Positions 10,532-21,026 are shown, numbered from the stretch's first letter. The stretch is 64,000 bases of DNA from Candidatus Babeliales bacterium (GCA_963743635.1 CAVUQO010000002.1:416001-480000); one strand, 5' to 3'. A program made the numbers and translations. The notes: generated by a model from the sequence alone, not told the origin.

Positions 10532-11935
10532 ATGATGAAGAAAAATTTACTGATGAGTTACATAGCAGGCATTTTTGATACCAAAAATGGTGAGCGCTAT
10601 GACAAAATAATTCGACTTTTCTTGCCGGAATTTGTCATTGCATTCCTGATTTACTTCCTTCCCTTATGGCTTGATGCGTATTTTATTGCCAAACATGGAT
10701 CGTGCTACTACCTATGGTACGGTGGGGATGATCAATAATTTGCTGCATTTTATTATGAAGATTGCAGAAGGGATATCGGTTGGTACCGTCATTCTGTGTG
10801 GTTTTTATAATGGGAAAGAAGAATTTGAAAATGTAGGCCGGTCGTTACGTGATGCCTTTTGGATTACCGTGATAACCGGTTTTTCTTTTGCAGGTTTGCT
10901 ATATGCGAGCGCCGTGCCGCTTTGTGCCCGCTATCTACCGGACGATATGCTGAATATGGGGGTTTCGTTCTTGCGGTTGCGCGTTATCGGCGTACTCTTT
11001 ATGTTTATCAGTTTTGCCTTTATTGGTTTTTTACGTGGTATAAAAAATACGCGCGTTCCAATGCAAATTTATATTGCGGGCGTACTTACCTTTATTATTG
11101 CGGATTATATTCTGATTTTTGGCCATTTCGGGTTCCCTGAATTAGGTATGACCGGATCGGCAGTTGCTACCATACTCCAGTACGTTGTTATGTCTGTCTA
11201 TGGCATGGTTTATGTGCTTACCAATCCTGAATACCGCATGTATGGCATCAATCTTTTGAGCAGCATCACTCATCAGGGCCAGTTAATCCGTTTAATGCAG
11301 CTCAGTTGGCCAGTGGTACTCGATAAGGCTACGTTGGCCGGAGCCTATATTTGGCTTGGTGCCATGTTTAAAGATATTGGGCAATATACCGTCGTTACCT
11401 TTTGCGTTGTGAAAGATATGGAACGGCTTGCCTTTTTACCTGCAATCGCATTTGCACAGGTTATTACCTTTTTGGTGAGTAACGATTATGGGCAGGGCAA
11501 TTGGACAGGGATTAAAAGCAATATTAAAAAGGTTGCATTCCTTGCTTCCTGTATGGTGTTTGTGATCATCGGGGTTCTCATTATGAATGCAGAACTCATG
11601 ATTCGTTTATTTGATAAGAGAGGGGAATTTACCCCATTGGCAGCGGCAGTTTTCCCGGTTATGAGTGTACTTCTCTTTTTTGATTTGGTACAATTGCTCC
11701 TGGCTGGTGCGCTACGTGGCGCTTCAAATGTACGGTTGGTTATGTTGGTTCGCCTCATCATATGTGGCGGCTTTTTCATTCCGGTATCATATCTCTGTTC
11801 AGACTTCCAATCGAGAGTGTTGCACTTAAATTTATGCTCGTTTATGGATCATATTATGTGGGCAATCTCTTAATGAGCGTCATATACATACGGCGCCTTA
11901 GTAGCGAAGAATGGAAAAAGAAAGCATCCCTCTAG
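10532..11935 (+). CDS. MATE-family efflux transporter, frameshifted near 10690 and ~11810
   Basis: Multi-TM; FLRGIKNTRVPM, LIFGHFGFPELGMTGSAVAT, GALRGA. Confidence 0.85.
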
Positions 11936-11944
11936 AGGAAAATC

Positions 11945-12232
11945 ATGACAAAAATTTCAAAAGAAGAAATGTTGAAAATAGCACGCATGTCCCATTTGGA
12001 ACTGCATGAGGATGAAATCCCTGCATTGATCAAACAGTTGGATGACGTATTGAGTTATGCAGAACGAGTGAAGGAAATCACCGTGCATGTCTCTGAACCT
12101 TCAACGCGCAATGTAAACGTATTTCGAGATGATGTGGTAACGCCCAGTGATGCTGAGCCGATACTTGCACAAGCTCCTGAACGTGAAGGTTCTTATGTGA
12201 TAGTTCCCGCCATTTTAGAGCACAACGAGTAA
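11945..12232 (+). CDS. gatC: Asp/Glu-tRNA amidotransferase subunit C
   Basis: IARMSHL, NVFRDD, QAPERE..VPAIL; directly upstream of gatA. Confidence 0.93.
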   Translation: MTKISKEEMLKIARMSHLELHEDEIPALIKQLDDVLSYAERVKEITVHVSEPSTRNVNVFRDDVVTPSDAEPILAQAPEREGSYVIVPAILEHNE

Positions 12233-12245
12233 AGGAGCAGCAGAC

Positions 12246-13697
12246 ATGCAATCATTGGCTTTTGCGAGCATTAAAACGCTTAGAGAATCATTAGACAAAA
12301 AACAAATTTCAGCAACAGAACTGTTGCAGTATTCGCTCAATCGTTTCAAGACGTACGATCAAAAACTTGGTTCGGCACTTGAAGTTTTTGATGCGGAATC
12401 AATTATGCGCCGCTCAAAAGAGACAGGCATTCTTGCCGGTATTCCCGGACTCATTAAAGATAATATTGCACAAGAAGGGCGCAAGCTGACCTGTGCTTCA
12501 AAGATTTTAACCGGTTTTTCCGCAATCGATGATGCAACCGCAATTTCCCGACTCAAAGAGCAGGGCGCTTTGTTGGTTGGACGCGCTAACATGGACGAAT
12601 TTGCGATGGGAAGTTCAACAGAAACTTCAGCATTTCAAAAGACCATGAATCCGTGGAATCTTGAATGCGTACCGGGTGGATCGAGTGGTGGTTCGGCTGC
12701 GGCAGTTGCTGCAGGATTTGTACCGTGGTCGCTCGGATCTGAAACGGGTGGGTCAGTACGTCAGCCGTCTGCGTTTTGTGGCATAGTGGGCATGAAACCC
12801 ACCTATGGCTTAGTATCTCGTTATGGTCTGGTGGCATATGGTTCATCGCTTGACCAAATTGGTATCTCAACGCGCACCGTTTATGATAATGCGCTCGTGA
12901 TGTCCGTCATGGCGGGGAATGATCCCAAAGATTCTTCAACGCTCGCCGTTGGGCCACAAGATTACACGAAGACGCTCAATGGAAAACTGCGCGATGGTCT
13001 TAAAATTGGGATTGTCAGCAACGCGATTAATGCAGCAGGCATGGATAGTGAAGTGGTCGCGGCAATCGAAGCAGCAGTTGCAACGCTGCAAAGGCTCGGT
13101 GCTCAGGTCAGCACGATTGCATTACCAACGCTTGATTATAGTGCAGCGGCATATTTCATTATTAGCCGTGCAGAAGCAGCATCAAACCTTGCTCGTTTTG
13201 ACGGCGTACGCTATGGATTGCGCGATAAGACTGCCAAGACTCTTTCAAAAATGTACTTTAACACACGCCATGATGGTTTTGGTGCCGAAGTTAAATCACG
13301 CATTTTAATCGGTAACTATGTGTTATCTGCTGGTCATTCAGGAGATTTCTATGGTAACGCTAAGATGGTGCAACGATTAATTCGTCGTGAATTCCTTGAA
13401 GCATTTAAAGGTGTTGATCTTTTAGTGATGCCTACTCATCCGGCACCCGCATTTAAGTTCGGTGCATTTGACGTCGATAAGTTGCAAATGGATCTGCAAG
13501 ACTATTTCACCTGCGCGATGAACTTAGCGGGTATTCCTGCCATCTCAATTCCGTGCGGTTTTACGAAGAGCAAGATGCCGATTGGATTCCAGATTGTTGG
13601 GCCGCATCTTTCGGAAGATCTCATCTATCAAACGGCACATGCGTATGAGCAGGCTACTACATGGCATACCATGCATCCTGACATGTTCAAAGATTAG
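12246..13697 (+). CDS. gatA: Asp/Glu-tRNA amidotransferase subunit A
   Basis: IKDNI, NMDEFAMGSSTE, PGGSSGGSAAAV, ETGGSVRQP, ASNLARFDGVRYG. Confidence 0.97.
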   Translation: MQSLAFASIKTLRESLDKKQISATELLQYSLNRFKTYDQKLGSALEVFDAESIMRRSKETGILAGIPGLIKDNIAQEGRKLTCASKILTGFSAIDDATAISRLKEQGALLVGRANMDEFAMGSSTETSAFQKTMNPWNLECVPGGSSGGSAAAVAAGFVPWSLGSETGGSVRQPSAFCGIVGMKPTYGLVSRYGLVAYGSSLDQIGISTRTVYDNALVMSVMAGNDPKDSSTLAVGPQDYTKTLNGKLRDGLKIGIVSNAINAAGMDSEVVAAIEAAVATLQRLGAQVSTIALPTLDYSAAAYFIISRAEAASNLARFDGVRYGLRDKTAKTLSKMYFNTRHDGFGAEVKSRILIGNYVLSAGHSGDFYGNAKMVQRLIRREFLEAFKGVDLLVMPTHPAPAFKFGAFDVDKLQMDLQDYFTCAMNLAGIPAISIPCGFTKSKMPIGFQIVGPHLSEDLIYQTAHAYEQATTWHTMHPDMFKD

Positions 13698-13717
13698 ATG
13701 CATACATTTAAACAATA

Positions 13718-13757
13718 AGAAAACGGCCCCGAGATTAATTTCCCGGGGCCGTTTTCT
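13718..13757. terminator. Terminator after gatA
   Basis: AGAAAACGGCCCCG-loop-CGGGGCCGTTTTCT. Confidence 0.8.
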
Positions 13758-13792
13758 ATTGTATAGCAAGACTTACTAAGCAATGCATATTT

Positions 13793-13984
13793 ATCCCTTA
13801 TGTCCCGCGTTACGCCCTGCCGGGCTACTAGGGACGAACGGGAGTGGATATTTATTTCAAGAATTAGGTTTTTTGATATGAATTTATTTATATTTTTCCC
13901 TTTAATAATGCTTAATCTAACTAAAAATTCCCATCCCCGTTCGTCCCTAGTAGCCCGCAAGGGCGTAACGCGGGATATAAGGGG
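13793..13984. repeat. Long inverted repeat, family B variant doublet with AT-rich spacer
   Basis: CCCTTATGTCCCGCGTTACGCCC..GGGCTACTAGGGACGAACGGG and its reverse complement CCCGTTCGTCCCTAGTAGCCC..GGGCGTAACGCGGGATATAAGGG. Confidence 0.85.
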
Positions 13985-14069
13985 GGAACGTAAATTTGTG
14001 CACTGCTTAAAACAAGAAGCTATATATATTCATTTCATCCTGAGTAGGGCGGTAAGCCCTATCGAAGGG

Positions 14070-14585
14070 TTAAGACCTATACGAATTCACCTTCGCCTTT
14101 AAATACAACGTCGCGGCTGCTGCCGTCGTGAGTATCGCAAGATTCGTAATCCCGATATGCATTGCCGCCGTGAGGCCGATAATGCTGGCAGTTCTTGCTT
14201 GAAGCGGAAAGTTGTAAGGATTGTGCGTATTATTCTCAACATGTTCGCGTGCTTTTTCTAATGCCGTTGCGAGTTGAGCGTGTCGTGCTCTTTCTGCTGG
14301 AGTTTTCGCAGTTTTGCCGAGCTGGTTATGATCAGCGATCGTCTCATTTATGTAGTTGAGATATTCTGTTTTTACCGCCACTGACTTCGTAATTTTTTCC
14401 CACTGAGCGTAATCCTCATCGGTGTCTGGTATGAAACAATCTATGTGCTTTTCAAGATCGTTCCTCTTATTGCAGTTATCGATACGCGCTTTCCAATCCT
14501 TTAAGTCCTGTTCTGAAAAGTTGGCGCTGACGGTGCATGAACCAAATATCAGCATGGCAACGATAAGAGTGTTTATTTTTTGCAT
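14070..14585 (-). CDS. Secreted hypothetical protein with C-terminal hydrophobic segment
   Basis: Signal peptide MQKINTLIVAMLIFGSCTVSA; AAGGA RBS. Confidence 0.7.
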   Translation of the reverse strand: MQKINTLIVAMLIFGSCTVSANFSEQDLKDWKARIDNCNKRNDLEKHIDCFIPDTDEDYAQWEKITKSVAVKTEYLNYINETIADHNQLGKTAKTPAERARHAQLATALEKAREHVENNTHNPYNFPLQARTASIIGLTAAMHIGITNLAILTTAAAATLYLKAKVNSYRS

Positions 14586-14668
14586 AATAAATCCTTGAAT
14601 AATGGATTGTATGTATGGTAATGCTCATACGATATCGAAATTGGGTAGGTAGTGCAAGATAAGGAGTT

Positions 14669-15454
14669 ATGATGAAAAAATATATGATACTGATCACCTT
14701 GCTGAGTTCTGGTTTGGTACATCACGCACGGGCAATGGATGAGCATTTGGCATCAATGGCAGGGCTTATCGATGAAGATGGCGATGAGGCGAGAACGGAG
14801 CAAAAGGAAGAAAGATATTATGCTTTTTATTTCGCTCGAGAGAAGCGAGACAAATTTGCGCATATGTGTCTTGAGGATGATTATAAAGGCGTTAAGGACT
14901 ATTTAGAATCTCATACGGATCCAATTCCAGTGCAGCAGTATGGCATTTCATTAATACATTATGTAACAACCGCCCGTGTCGCAGTATTGCTGGAGAGGCG
15001 TAGAGACATTACGCTCGATGCTCGCGATCAGTATGGTTCCATACTGCATTGGGCAAATAAGATTAACGCCTGTACACCAATGTTATTGAAGTACGTTATT
15101 AGACGCTATTGTGAAGAGGAAAAAACACTTGATATCAACGAAAGGCGCAATATAGATGGTGAGACGGTACTTCATCAATGGGCCAATGGAGTGGCATGGT
15201 CGCATCCAAGCGATCTTCCAGTAGTTCGAGAAAAGTTGCAGATATTACTTGATGCGGGAGCAGATTGCACACTCAAAGACAACAAGGGAAGATTGCCGCT
15301 TGATCTGCTTGAGCATGAGTTGCGTGGGTGGGTGTCTCGTGGTGACTGGAAAGAAAAGGAAGCCTCCTTTCAAACGCTCATTGATGATTTGAAAAAGGCA
15401 ATGGATGCGCGTAAGAAGTCAGGCAATTGGTACATGATTATTTTTCACAATTGA
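14669..15454 (+). CDS. Secreted ankyrin-repeat protein
   Basis: Signal ending ARA|MDE; DQYGSILHWA, DGETVLHQWA, LLDAGAD..KDNKGRLPLDL. Confidence 0.8.
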   Translation: MMKKYMILITLLSSGLVHHARAMDEHLASMAGLIDEDGDEARTEQKEERYYAFYFAREKRDKFAHMCLEDDYKGVKDYLESHTDPIPVQQYGISLIHYVTTARVAVLLERRRDITLDARDQYGSILHWANKINACTPMLLKYVIRRYCEEEKTLDINERRNIDGETVLHQWANGVAWSHPSDLPVVREKLQILLDAGADCTLKDNKGRLPLDLLEHELRGWVSRGDWKEKEASFQTLIDDLKKAMDARKKSGNWYMIIFHN

Positions 15455-15617
15455 CTTTGGTAGTGCAAAATGCACGTATCGACTGCGTGCGACGTAGCTA
15501 AAAGCGTAGACGTAAGGGCTTGGATCGATTTTTTTATTGAAGCTATTGTTGTTGAGCGGGCTTTTGGGGTATGGTGAGGTATGATATTGGAAGTGCCGCA
15601 ACATCCAAAGGAGCACG

Positions 15618-16508
15618 GTGAATCTACGATGGATTATAGCAGTAATGGTTCTGTGTTATGTATCTGAAAGCATGACCAGTACGCAAAAAGAGAAACAGGC
15701 CCGTAGAGCGCGTCATGTGCTGGGGGAAGAAAGAAAAAAACAGCAAAAAGAGCAAGAAGCCTTGAAGCCACAGTGTCCATACTCGAAACCGGTCAATTTA
15801 TTTGCAAGCATCTTGAAAGATGTATTTGAAATACACATTAATCTTGCAACATTCGATTTCTTTCGCATAGTGGGTGCAGTATTTCCTGCATTCGTAGCCC
15901 TTCGCATGCATGATGAAAAAATTCATAGCCATTTTTACGATGCAGATCACCACAAAAATAAAAATCAGTGTGTTTTTTTAAATCACTTTGTTGCGCAAGA
16001 GGCAATAGCCATTCCTATTCTCGCATTGGCGAGTCTGAGTGTCTTTTCTCATGATGAAGATTTGCGGGCAACGAGCCGCGTATTTGCAATCGGTATGCCG
16101 TTCGTGCTTATAGCGAAAGATATTATCAAGCAAATACGCTTTAAAGCGGCGTATCGACCTTATTGTGAGTATTTCCCCAAAAAACCCAAACATGTTTGTG
16201 GTGGATTTCCATCGGGCCACATGGCAGAAATGGGTTACATGACGGTGCTCTATAGCATGCGCCATGGCGTTAAGTTTGCAGTGCCGCTGACGGCGCTTTC
16301 AATTTACGTCGGTGCAACGTTTGTGTCTTGTAACCGGCACTATGCATCACAGATTGCAGCCGGTGCTGGACTCGGTGCGCTCTATGCCGTTGCTGCGAGC
16401 CATGTGATTGACGCCAAATTGGAACATAACAGACTCAAACAGTTTGAGATGGGCATGGATACCACGTCGAATGGAAATCCTGCGCTATCGTTCAATTATA
16501 GTTACTAA
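15618..16508 (+). CDS. PAP2-family phosphatase
   Basis: K..RP, FPSGH and RHY motifs; TM helices. Confidence 0.8.
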   Translation: MNLRWIIAVMVLCYVSESMTSTQKEKQARRARHVLGEERKKQQKEQEALKPQCPYSKPVNLFASILKDVFEIHINLATFDFFRIVGAVFPAFVALRMHDEKIHSHFYDADHHKNKNQCVFLNHFVAQEAIAIPILALASLSVFSHDEDLRATSRVFAIGMPFVLIAKDIIKQIRFKAAYRPYCEYFPKKPKHVCGGFPSGHMAEMGYMTVLYSMRHGVKFAVPLTALSIYVGATFVSCNRHYASQIAAGAGLGALYAVAASHVIDAKLEHNRLKQFEMGMDTTSNGNPALSFNYSY

Positions 16509-16527
16509 TATAAGATGCGAAGACAAT

Positions 16528-16562
16528 AAAAAGCCCCTCGGTATTATATCGAGGGGCTTTTT
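16528..16562. terminator. Bidirectional terminator between convergent genes
   Basis: AAAAAGCCCCTCG-loop-CGAGGGGCTTTTT. Confidence 0.8.
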
Positions 16563-16574
16563 GAATAGTTTACG

Positions 16575-17135
16575 TTAGTTAGGATTGTCTGGGGTGCGGG
16601 AACCTCTGCTTGGATTTCTATTTTCGCTTTGAGTGCGCCGTGGTGGTAAAAATGCGCGTATTCTTTCAAATGCCTCGGCTCCCGTTATTTCGCCTCTATC
16701 TACGGCAGCAGCAGCTTGATTAGCCGCTTCCGTCAAAGCAGTATTTGGTGTATCTCTTAAGGGGACTGTAGTGACTGGTGGAGTCGGTTGTGGCATCTCT
16801 TCTGGTGGTGTTGCTGCGAGCGGCGTGTCGCCTCGAATAGGCATTATTGTTCTTACCGGCGTTCCTGCGCGTGAGCCACTTCTCGAAGTGCTACCTGAGC
16901 GGGTTATATCTTGCAGAGGAGTTCTTGGAATAGATATCTGTACGCCCCGCGGTGTTTGAGGTTGTCCGCCAGGAATCGCGATTGGTGCTGTTGGGGCTGG
17001 ATTTTCAGTATCAAGCGTTAATTCTTCAAGAGGTATTCCCAAGTTGTCGGGGCTTTGATTATCTCGTTCCATGCTGTAGGCAGTTGTGCTGGCTAATACT
17101 ATCAGGCAGCTCATTAATAGGTTATTTAATGTCAT
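16575..17135 (-). CDS. Secreted Pro/Thr/Ser-rich, probably disordered protein
   Basis: Signal ending AYS|MER; low-complexity body with many TP dipeptides. Confidence 0.75.
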   Translation of the reverse strand: MTLNNLLMSCLIVLASTTAYSMERDNQSPDNLGIPLEELTLDTENPAPTAPIAIPGGQPQTPRGVQISIPRTPLQDITRSGSTSRSGSRAGTPVRTIMPIRGDTPLAATPPEEMPQPTPPVTTVPLRDTPNTALTEAANQAAAAVDRGEITGAEAFERIRAFLPPRRTQSENRNPSRGSRTPDNPN

Positions 17136-17377
17136 AGAGTCCCTTCTTTCATTGATTATCATTAATAATTCTTAGGTATTACTTTAATGTATATACCCAG
17201 TATGGAACATTCATATGCTTATTGTAAAGAGTTTTGCCGCTATACGAGTTGCCTGGGCAATTTTTCATGCCTGCCTTCCCGGCCGGATGACCGAAAGAAC
17301 GGCGAAAGCATAGACGGATAAGCCCCAAATCATGTATACTAAAAGCATAGTTTAATCCCTAAGCCTGTACGATATTC

Positions 17378-18355
17378 ATGAATTTCTGGCAAGAGCCATT
17401 TAAAATCGGCTCTCTGACGGTGCCGCGCTTTATAGCTGGACCGTTAGATGGCATCACCGATTCCCCGTTTCGTCGCCTCGTGCGTCACTATTCCCTTGAG
17501 GAACTCCAGTATACGGAGATGCGTCATGTGGGTTGTGTTGCCAATGATAAAGGCGGCAAACGATCTCTGCGCTTTGACGTCAATGAACGGCCTCTCAACT
17601 ATCAAATTGCCGCAAACAGCATCGATTTTATTGATGCGGCCATTGAGAGAATCTTAGCAAAAGGGGTTGATGCACTCGATCTTAATGTGGGCTGTCCAGC
17701 CAAAAACGTCATACACACCGGTTCTGGTTCTGCATTAATGGGCGATTTACCTCGTTTGAAGGCGATTGTGACCCGCTTGCGCGAAAAAACCGGAACCATT
17801 CCGTTTACGGTTAAAATTCGTGCTGGTTTTAAATGCGTCAATGCCGTTGAAGTTGCGCAAATGCTTCAAGATTGCGGCGTCGATGCAATTGCGCTTCATC
17901 CGCGCTTACAAAAACAAAAATTTGAAGGCCAACCAGATTACGCGCTTGCTGCAGAAGTTAAAAAAGCGATCTCTATTCCGCTCATTATTTCGGGTGGTGT
18001 GGTGAACTGGAAAACGGCCAAAATGGTTCATGAAATGACGGGCGTCGACGGCTTTTTAATCGGTCGCGGCATTTGGGGTAAACCATGGAAATTAAAAGAA
18101 TTAAAAGAACACGCTGCCGGTAATGAATATAAAGTTGATACCAAGATGGTAATTGACTGTGCGTTGAAACATTTTGAGTATATGCTTGAGTATTATGGAC
18201 CGCATGGGTTATATGCATTTAGAAAGCATTTGCCATTTTATGTCCGTGGCGTTTCAGAAGCAGCAGCATTACGTACAAAATTAATGGTCGAAGAATCGGC
18301 CGACGTTATTAAAGAGGGACTGTTGTATATTGCAGGGCAAGCGGTGGATAAATAA
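17378..18355 (+). CDS. dus: tRNA-dihydrouridine synthase (DusB-like)
   Basis: PLDGITDSPFR, YTEM, DLNVGCP, GSGSALM, TVKIR, LHPR, IGRG..GKPW, FRKH. Confidence 0.93.
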   Translation: MNFWQEPFKIGSLTVPRFIAGPLDGITDSPFRRLVRHYSLEELQYTEMRHVGCVANDKGGKRSLRFDVNERPLNYQIAANSIDFIDAAIERILAKGVDALDLNVGCPAKNVIHTGSGSALMGDLPRLKAIVTRLREKTGTIPFTVKIRAGFKCVNAVEVAQMLQDCGVDAIALHPRLQKQKFEGQPDYALAAEVKKAISIPLIISGGVVNWKTAKMVHEMTGVDGFLIGRGIWGKPWKLKELKEHAAGNEYKVDTKMVIDCALKHFEYMLEYYGPHGLYAFRKHLPFYVRGVSEAAALRTKLMVEESADVIKEGLLYIAGQAVDK

Positions 18356-18444
18356 ATAACCCTTCGCACAATTTTTATTTTTACCCTCTGGAAAAAAATA
18401 AAAATCACTCAGGGCGAACGGGGTTTTGTTAAAAAAGGAGAATA

Positions 18445-19269
18445 GTGGGCTATCGATTATCATTGCGCACCATAAGCTTATGGATCATAGGCATTGCGTT
18501 ATTTTCACTCGCCATTCATCGCGGCATACGCGTTGCGCAACCCTCAATCTGGGAATATACCAGCGCATACATAACCTATCCTTTCCTGCGCGTTTCAAGC
18601 GCCATCATCACACCCATAACTCAATGGTTCTACGAACGAGATTTAGCGCGCAATCTTTTAGCGCGTCACAAACAATTACTTGATGATTATACTGATCTGC
18701 GCCAAGAGTATATTCGTTTTCGCGCTGCACACGATATTCAAGATGATGCGCAAGAGCTCATAGACTTCAATAAAGAATGTAATGAAAATCCCGGGCATAT
18801 CGCCCAAATTATGATGCGCCATATCGCGGATCAATCTCAGTATTATCTCGTTGATGCGGGTGCGCATCATGGCATAGAGCCTGATATGGTTGCGCTCTAC
18901 AAAGATTGTTTGGTGGGGCGCGTCACGCACGTCTATCCTTACTACTGCAAAGTAGTACTCATCACTGATGCACATTGCAAGATTGCTGCGTATTGCAGCG
19001 AAACAAAAGCAACCGGCATTCACGAAGGCTTGAATAACATTAATGCCACGACGCTGCGGCATGTTAGCCATTTAGCAACGATGCAAGAAGGGGATTTAGT
19101 TCTTTCTTCTGGCGAAGGACTCATCTTTCCCCGTGGTTTTGCAATCGGCACGATCGAATCATGCAGTCATGATCGCCTGCTTTATTCAATTACGGTAAAA
19201 CCATTACTCGATTTTAATACGCTGCAATACTGCACACTCATGCGGCGCGGCGAGTTATCCCGGCCGTAA
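18445..19269 (+). CDS. mreC: Rod shape-determining protein MreC
   Basis: N-terminal TM, coiled coil, DAG..GI..DM..LVGRV, GDLVLSSGEGLIFPRGFAIG, VKP..DF. Confidence 0.9.
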   Translation: MGYRLSLRTISLWIIGIALFSLAIHRGIRVAQPSIWEYTSAYITYPFLRVSSAIITPITQWFYERDLARNLLARHKQLLDDYTDLRQEYIRFRAAHDIQDDAQELIDFNKECNENPGHIAQIMMRHIADQSQYYLVDAGAHHGIEPDMVALYKDCLVGRVTHVYPYYCKVVLITDAHCKIAAYCSETKATGIHEGLNNINATTLRHVSHLATMQEGDLVLSSGEGLIFPRGFAIGTIESCSHDRLLYSITVKPLLDFNTLQYCTLMRRGELSRP

Positions 19270-19430
19270 TTAGATCGAGTTCATTCACTCTGTGCTTGAC
19301 TATGCTTTTAGGATTGTTATAGAACATATCCTATATCCAACAATCATAACCGGAGAGTATATGATGATAAGAAAGAATGTGTGTAAGAATGTTATCATGA
19401 TGCTATTGCTCATGATGCAGAGCGCCTTTG
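19270..19430 (+). repeat. Duplicated promoter/RBS/signal-peptide block (second copy 20937-21095)
   Basis: TTAGATCGAGTTC..CTTGACTATGCTTTTAGGATTGTTATAGAACATA..CAACAATCATAACCGGAGAGTATATGATGATAAGAAAGAATGTGTGTAAGAATG shared. Confidence 0.88.
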
Positions 19431-20770
19431 GCATAGAGCCCAATACCGTCATTGGATGTGTAACGCCTCCTGACTATCCTGGGTGTTCGTTTGCAGGTCC
19501 TGCTGCTATTGCAATAACGCCCGATGGAAAAACGGCATATGTATGCAATCTGGGCGGTTCAGTGAGTGTTATCGATGTTGAGAGTAACACCGTCATTGAA
19601 TGTGTTACGCAGTATTCTGGATGTCCGTTCAGCGTGCCTGTGGCTATTGCAATAACGCCCGATGGAAAAACGGCATATGTATGCAATGAGGGCGGTTTAG
19701 TGAGTGTTATCGATGTTGAGAGTAACACCGTCATTGAATGTGTTACGCCTCCTGACTATCCTGGATGTCCGTTCGTAGCTCCTAAGGCTATTGCAATAAC
19801 GCCCGATGGCAAAACGGCATATGTATGCAATATTATCGGTACAGTGAGTGTTATCGATGTTGAGAGTAACAGCGTCATTGAATGTGTTACGCCTCCTGAC
19901 TATCCTGGATGTCCGTTTTCATCTCTTTGGGCTATTGCAATAACGCCCGATGGCAAAACGGCATATGTAATCAATCAAGGCTCCCCGAGCACAGTGAGTG
20001 TTATCGATGTTGCGAGTAATACTGTCATTGGGTGTGTGGGGAATACCTTTGAGTATTGTGGATTCCATTCGCCTTATGCTATTGCCATAACGCCAGATGG
20101 CACAACGGCATATGTATGTAATAGTGGGGGCGGTATCAACAACACCGGTTCAGTGAGTATTATCGATCTTAAGACTAATGCCGTCATTGGGTGCGTGGGA
20201 GATACCTTTGAGTATTGTGGATTCAATGCGCCTTATGCTATTGCCATAACGCCAGATGGCACAACGGCATATGTATGTAATAGTGGCTCCCCGAGCACAG
20301 TGAGTATTATCGATCTTAAGACTAATACCGTCATTGGATGTGTGGGAAATACCAATGAGTATTGTGGGTTCAATAATCCTCAGGCGATTGCAATAACGCC
20401 GGATGGCACAAAGGCATATGTAGGCAATGCTGGGGACAATTCAGTAAGTATTATTTTCATTAAAGCACCCATACAGCCTCCTGCAACAGTAAGCGGCTGC
20501 AAAATGAGAAATAGATTCTTGCTACAGACCGATTACATCAACAATATCACCTGGACAGCGCCAACAAGTGGAAACGTGCCAGTGGCGTATGCCATCTACC
20601 GCGATCCCGCATTGACGCAATTGGTGGCTACCGTTCCCGCGAGTAGTGCATTACAATATTATGATCACAACCGAGATCCACGAGATGTGTACAGTTATTA
20701 CATCGTGTCAGTGGATGGTAATGGCAACGTCTCAACGGCCAATAGCGTCACGGTGACGAACTATTGCTAA
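19361..20770 (+). CDS. Secreted YVTN/YncE-type 7-bladed beta-propeller with Cys-rich blades and C-terminal FN3-like domain
   Basis: Seven AIAITPDG.TAYV.N..VSVID repeats; C-terminal NRFLLQTDYINNITW..Y.IY. Confidence 0.88.
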   Translation: MMIRKNVCKNVIMMLLLMMQSAFGIEPNTVIGCVTPPDYPGCSFAGPAAIAITPDGKTAYVCNLGGSVSVIDVESNTVIECVTQYSGCPFSVPVAIAITPDGKTAYVCNEGGLVSVIDVESNTVIECVTPPDYPGCPFVAPKAIAITPDGKTAYVCNIIGTVSVIDVESNSVIECVTPPDYPGCPFSSLWAIAITPDGKTAYVINQGSPSTVSVIDVASNTVIGCVGNTFEYCGFHSPYAIAITPDGTTAYVCNSGGGINNTGSVSIIDLKTNAVIGCVGDTFEYCGFNAPYAIAITPDGTTAYVCNSGSPSTVSIIDLKTNTVIGCVGNTNEYCGFNNPQAIAITPDGTKAYVGNAGDNSVSIIFIKAPIQPPATVSGCKMRNRFLLQTDYINNITWTAPTSGNVPVAYAIYRDPALTQLVATVPASSALQYYDHNRDPRDVYSYYIVSVDGNGNVSTANSVTVTNYC

Positions 20771-21026
20771 TCTGTCGATCCTTCGACCATTCGACAGGCT
20801 CATGGCTCCCAGCCGTCGCATAAAGCTATGGCGGGCAGGCAGAATGAGCGGCACGTGATGACTTATTAGAAAAACGAGCAGATGTAACAGTCCGCTCATC
20901 TTCGCTTTGATCACGGCATGCATTAGAAATAATTTATTAGATCGAGTTCGTTCACTTTGTACTTGACTATGCTTTTAGGATTGTTATAGAACATAACTAT
21001 GTTCAACAATCATAACCGGAGAGTAT

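Noticed and set aside
13694..14102. ORFs 13694-13960(-) and 13800-14102(+)
   Set aside because: They are mirror translations of a palindromic repeat (RATRDER in both).
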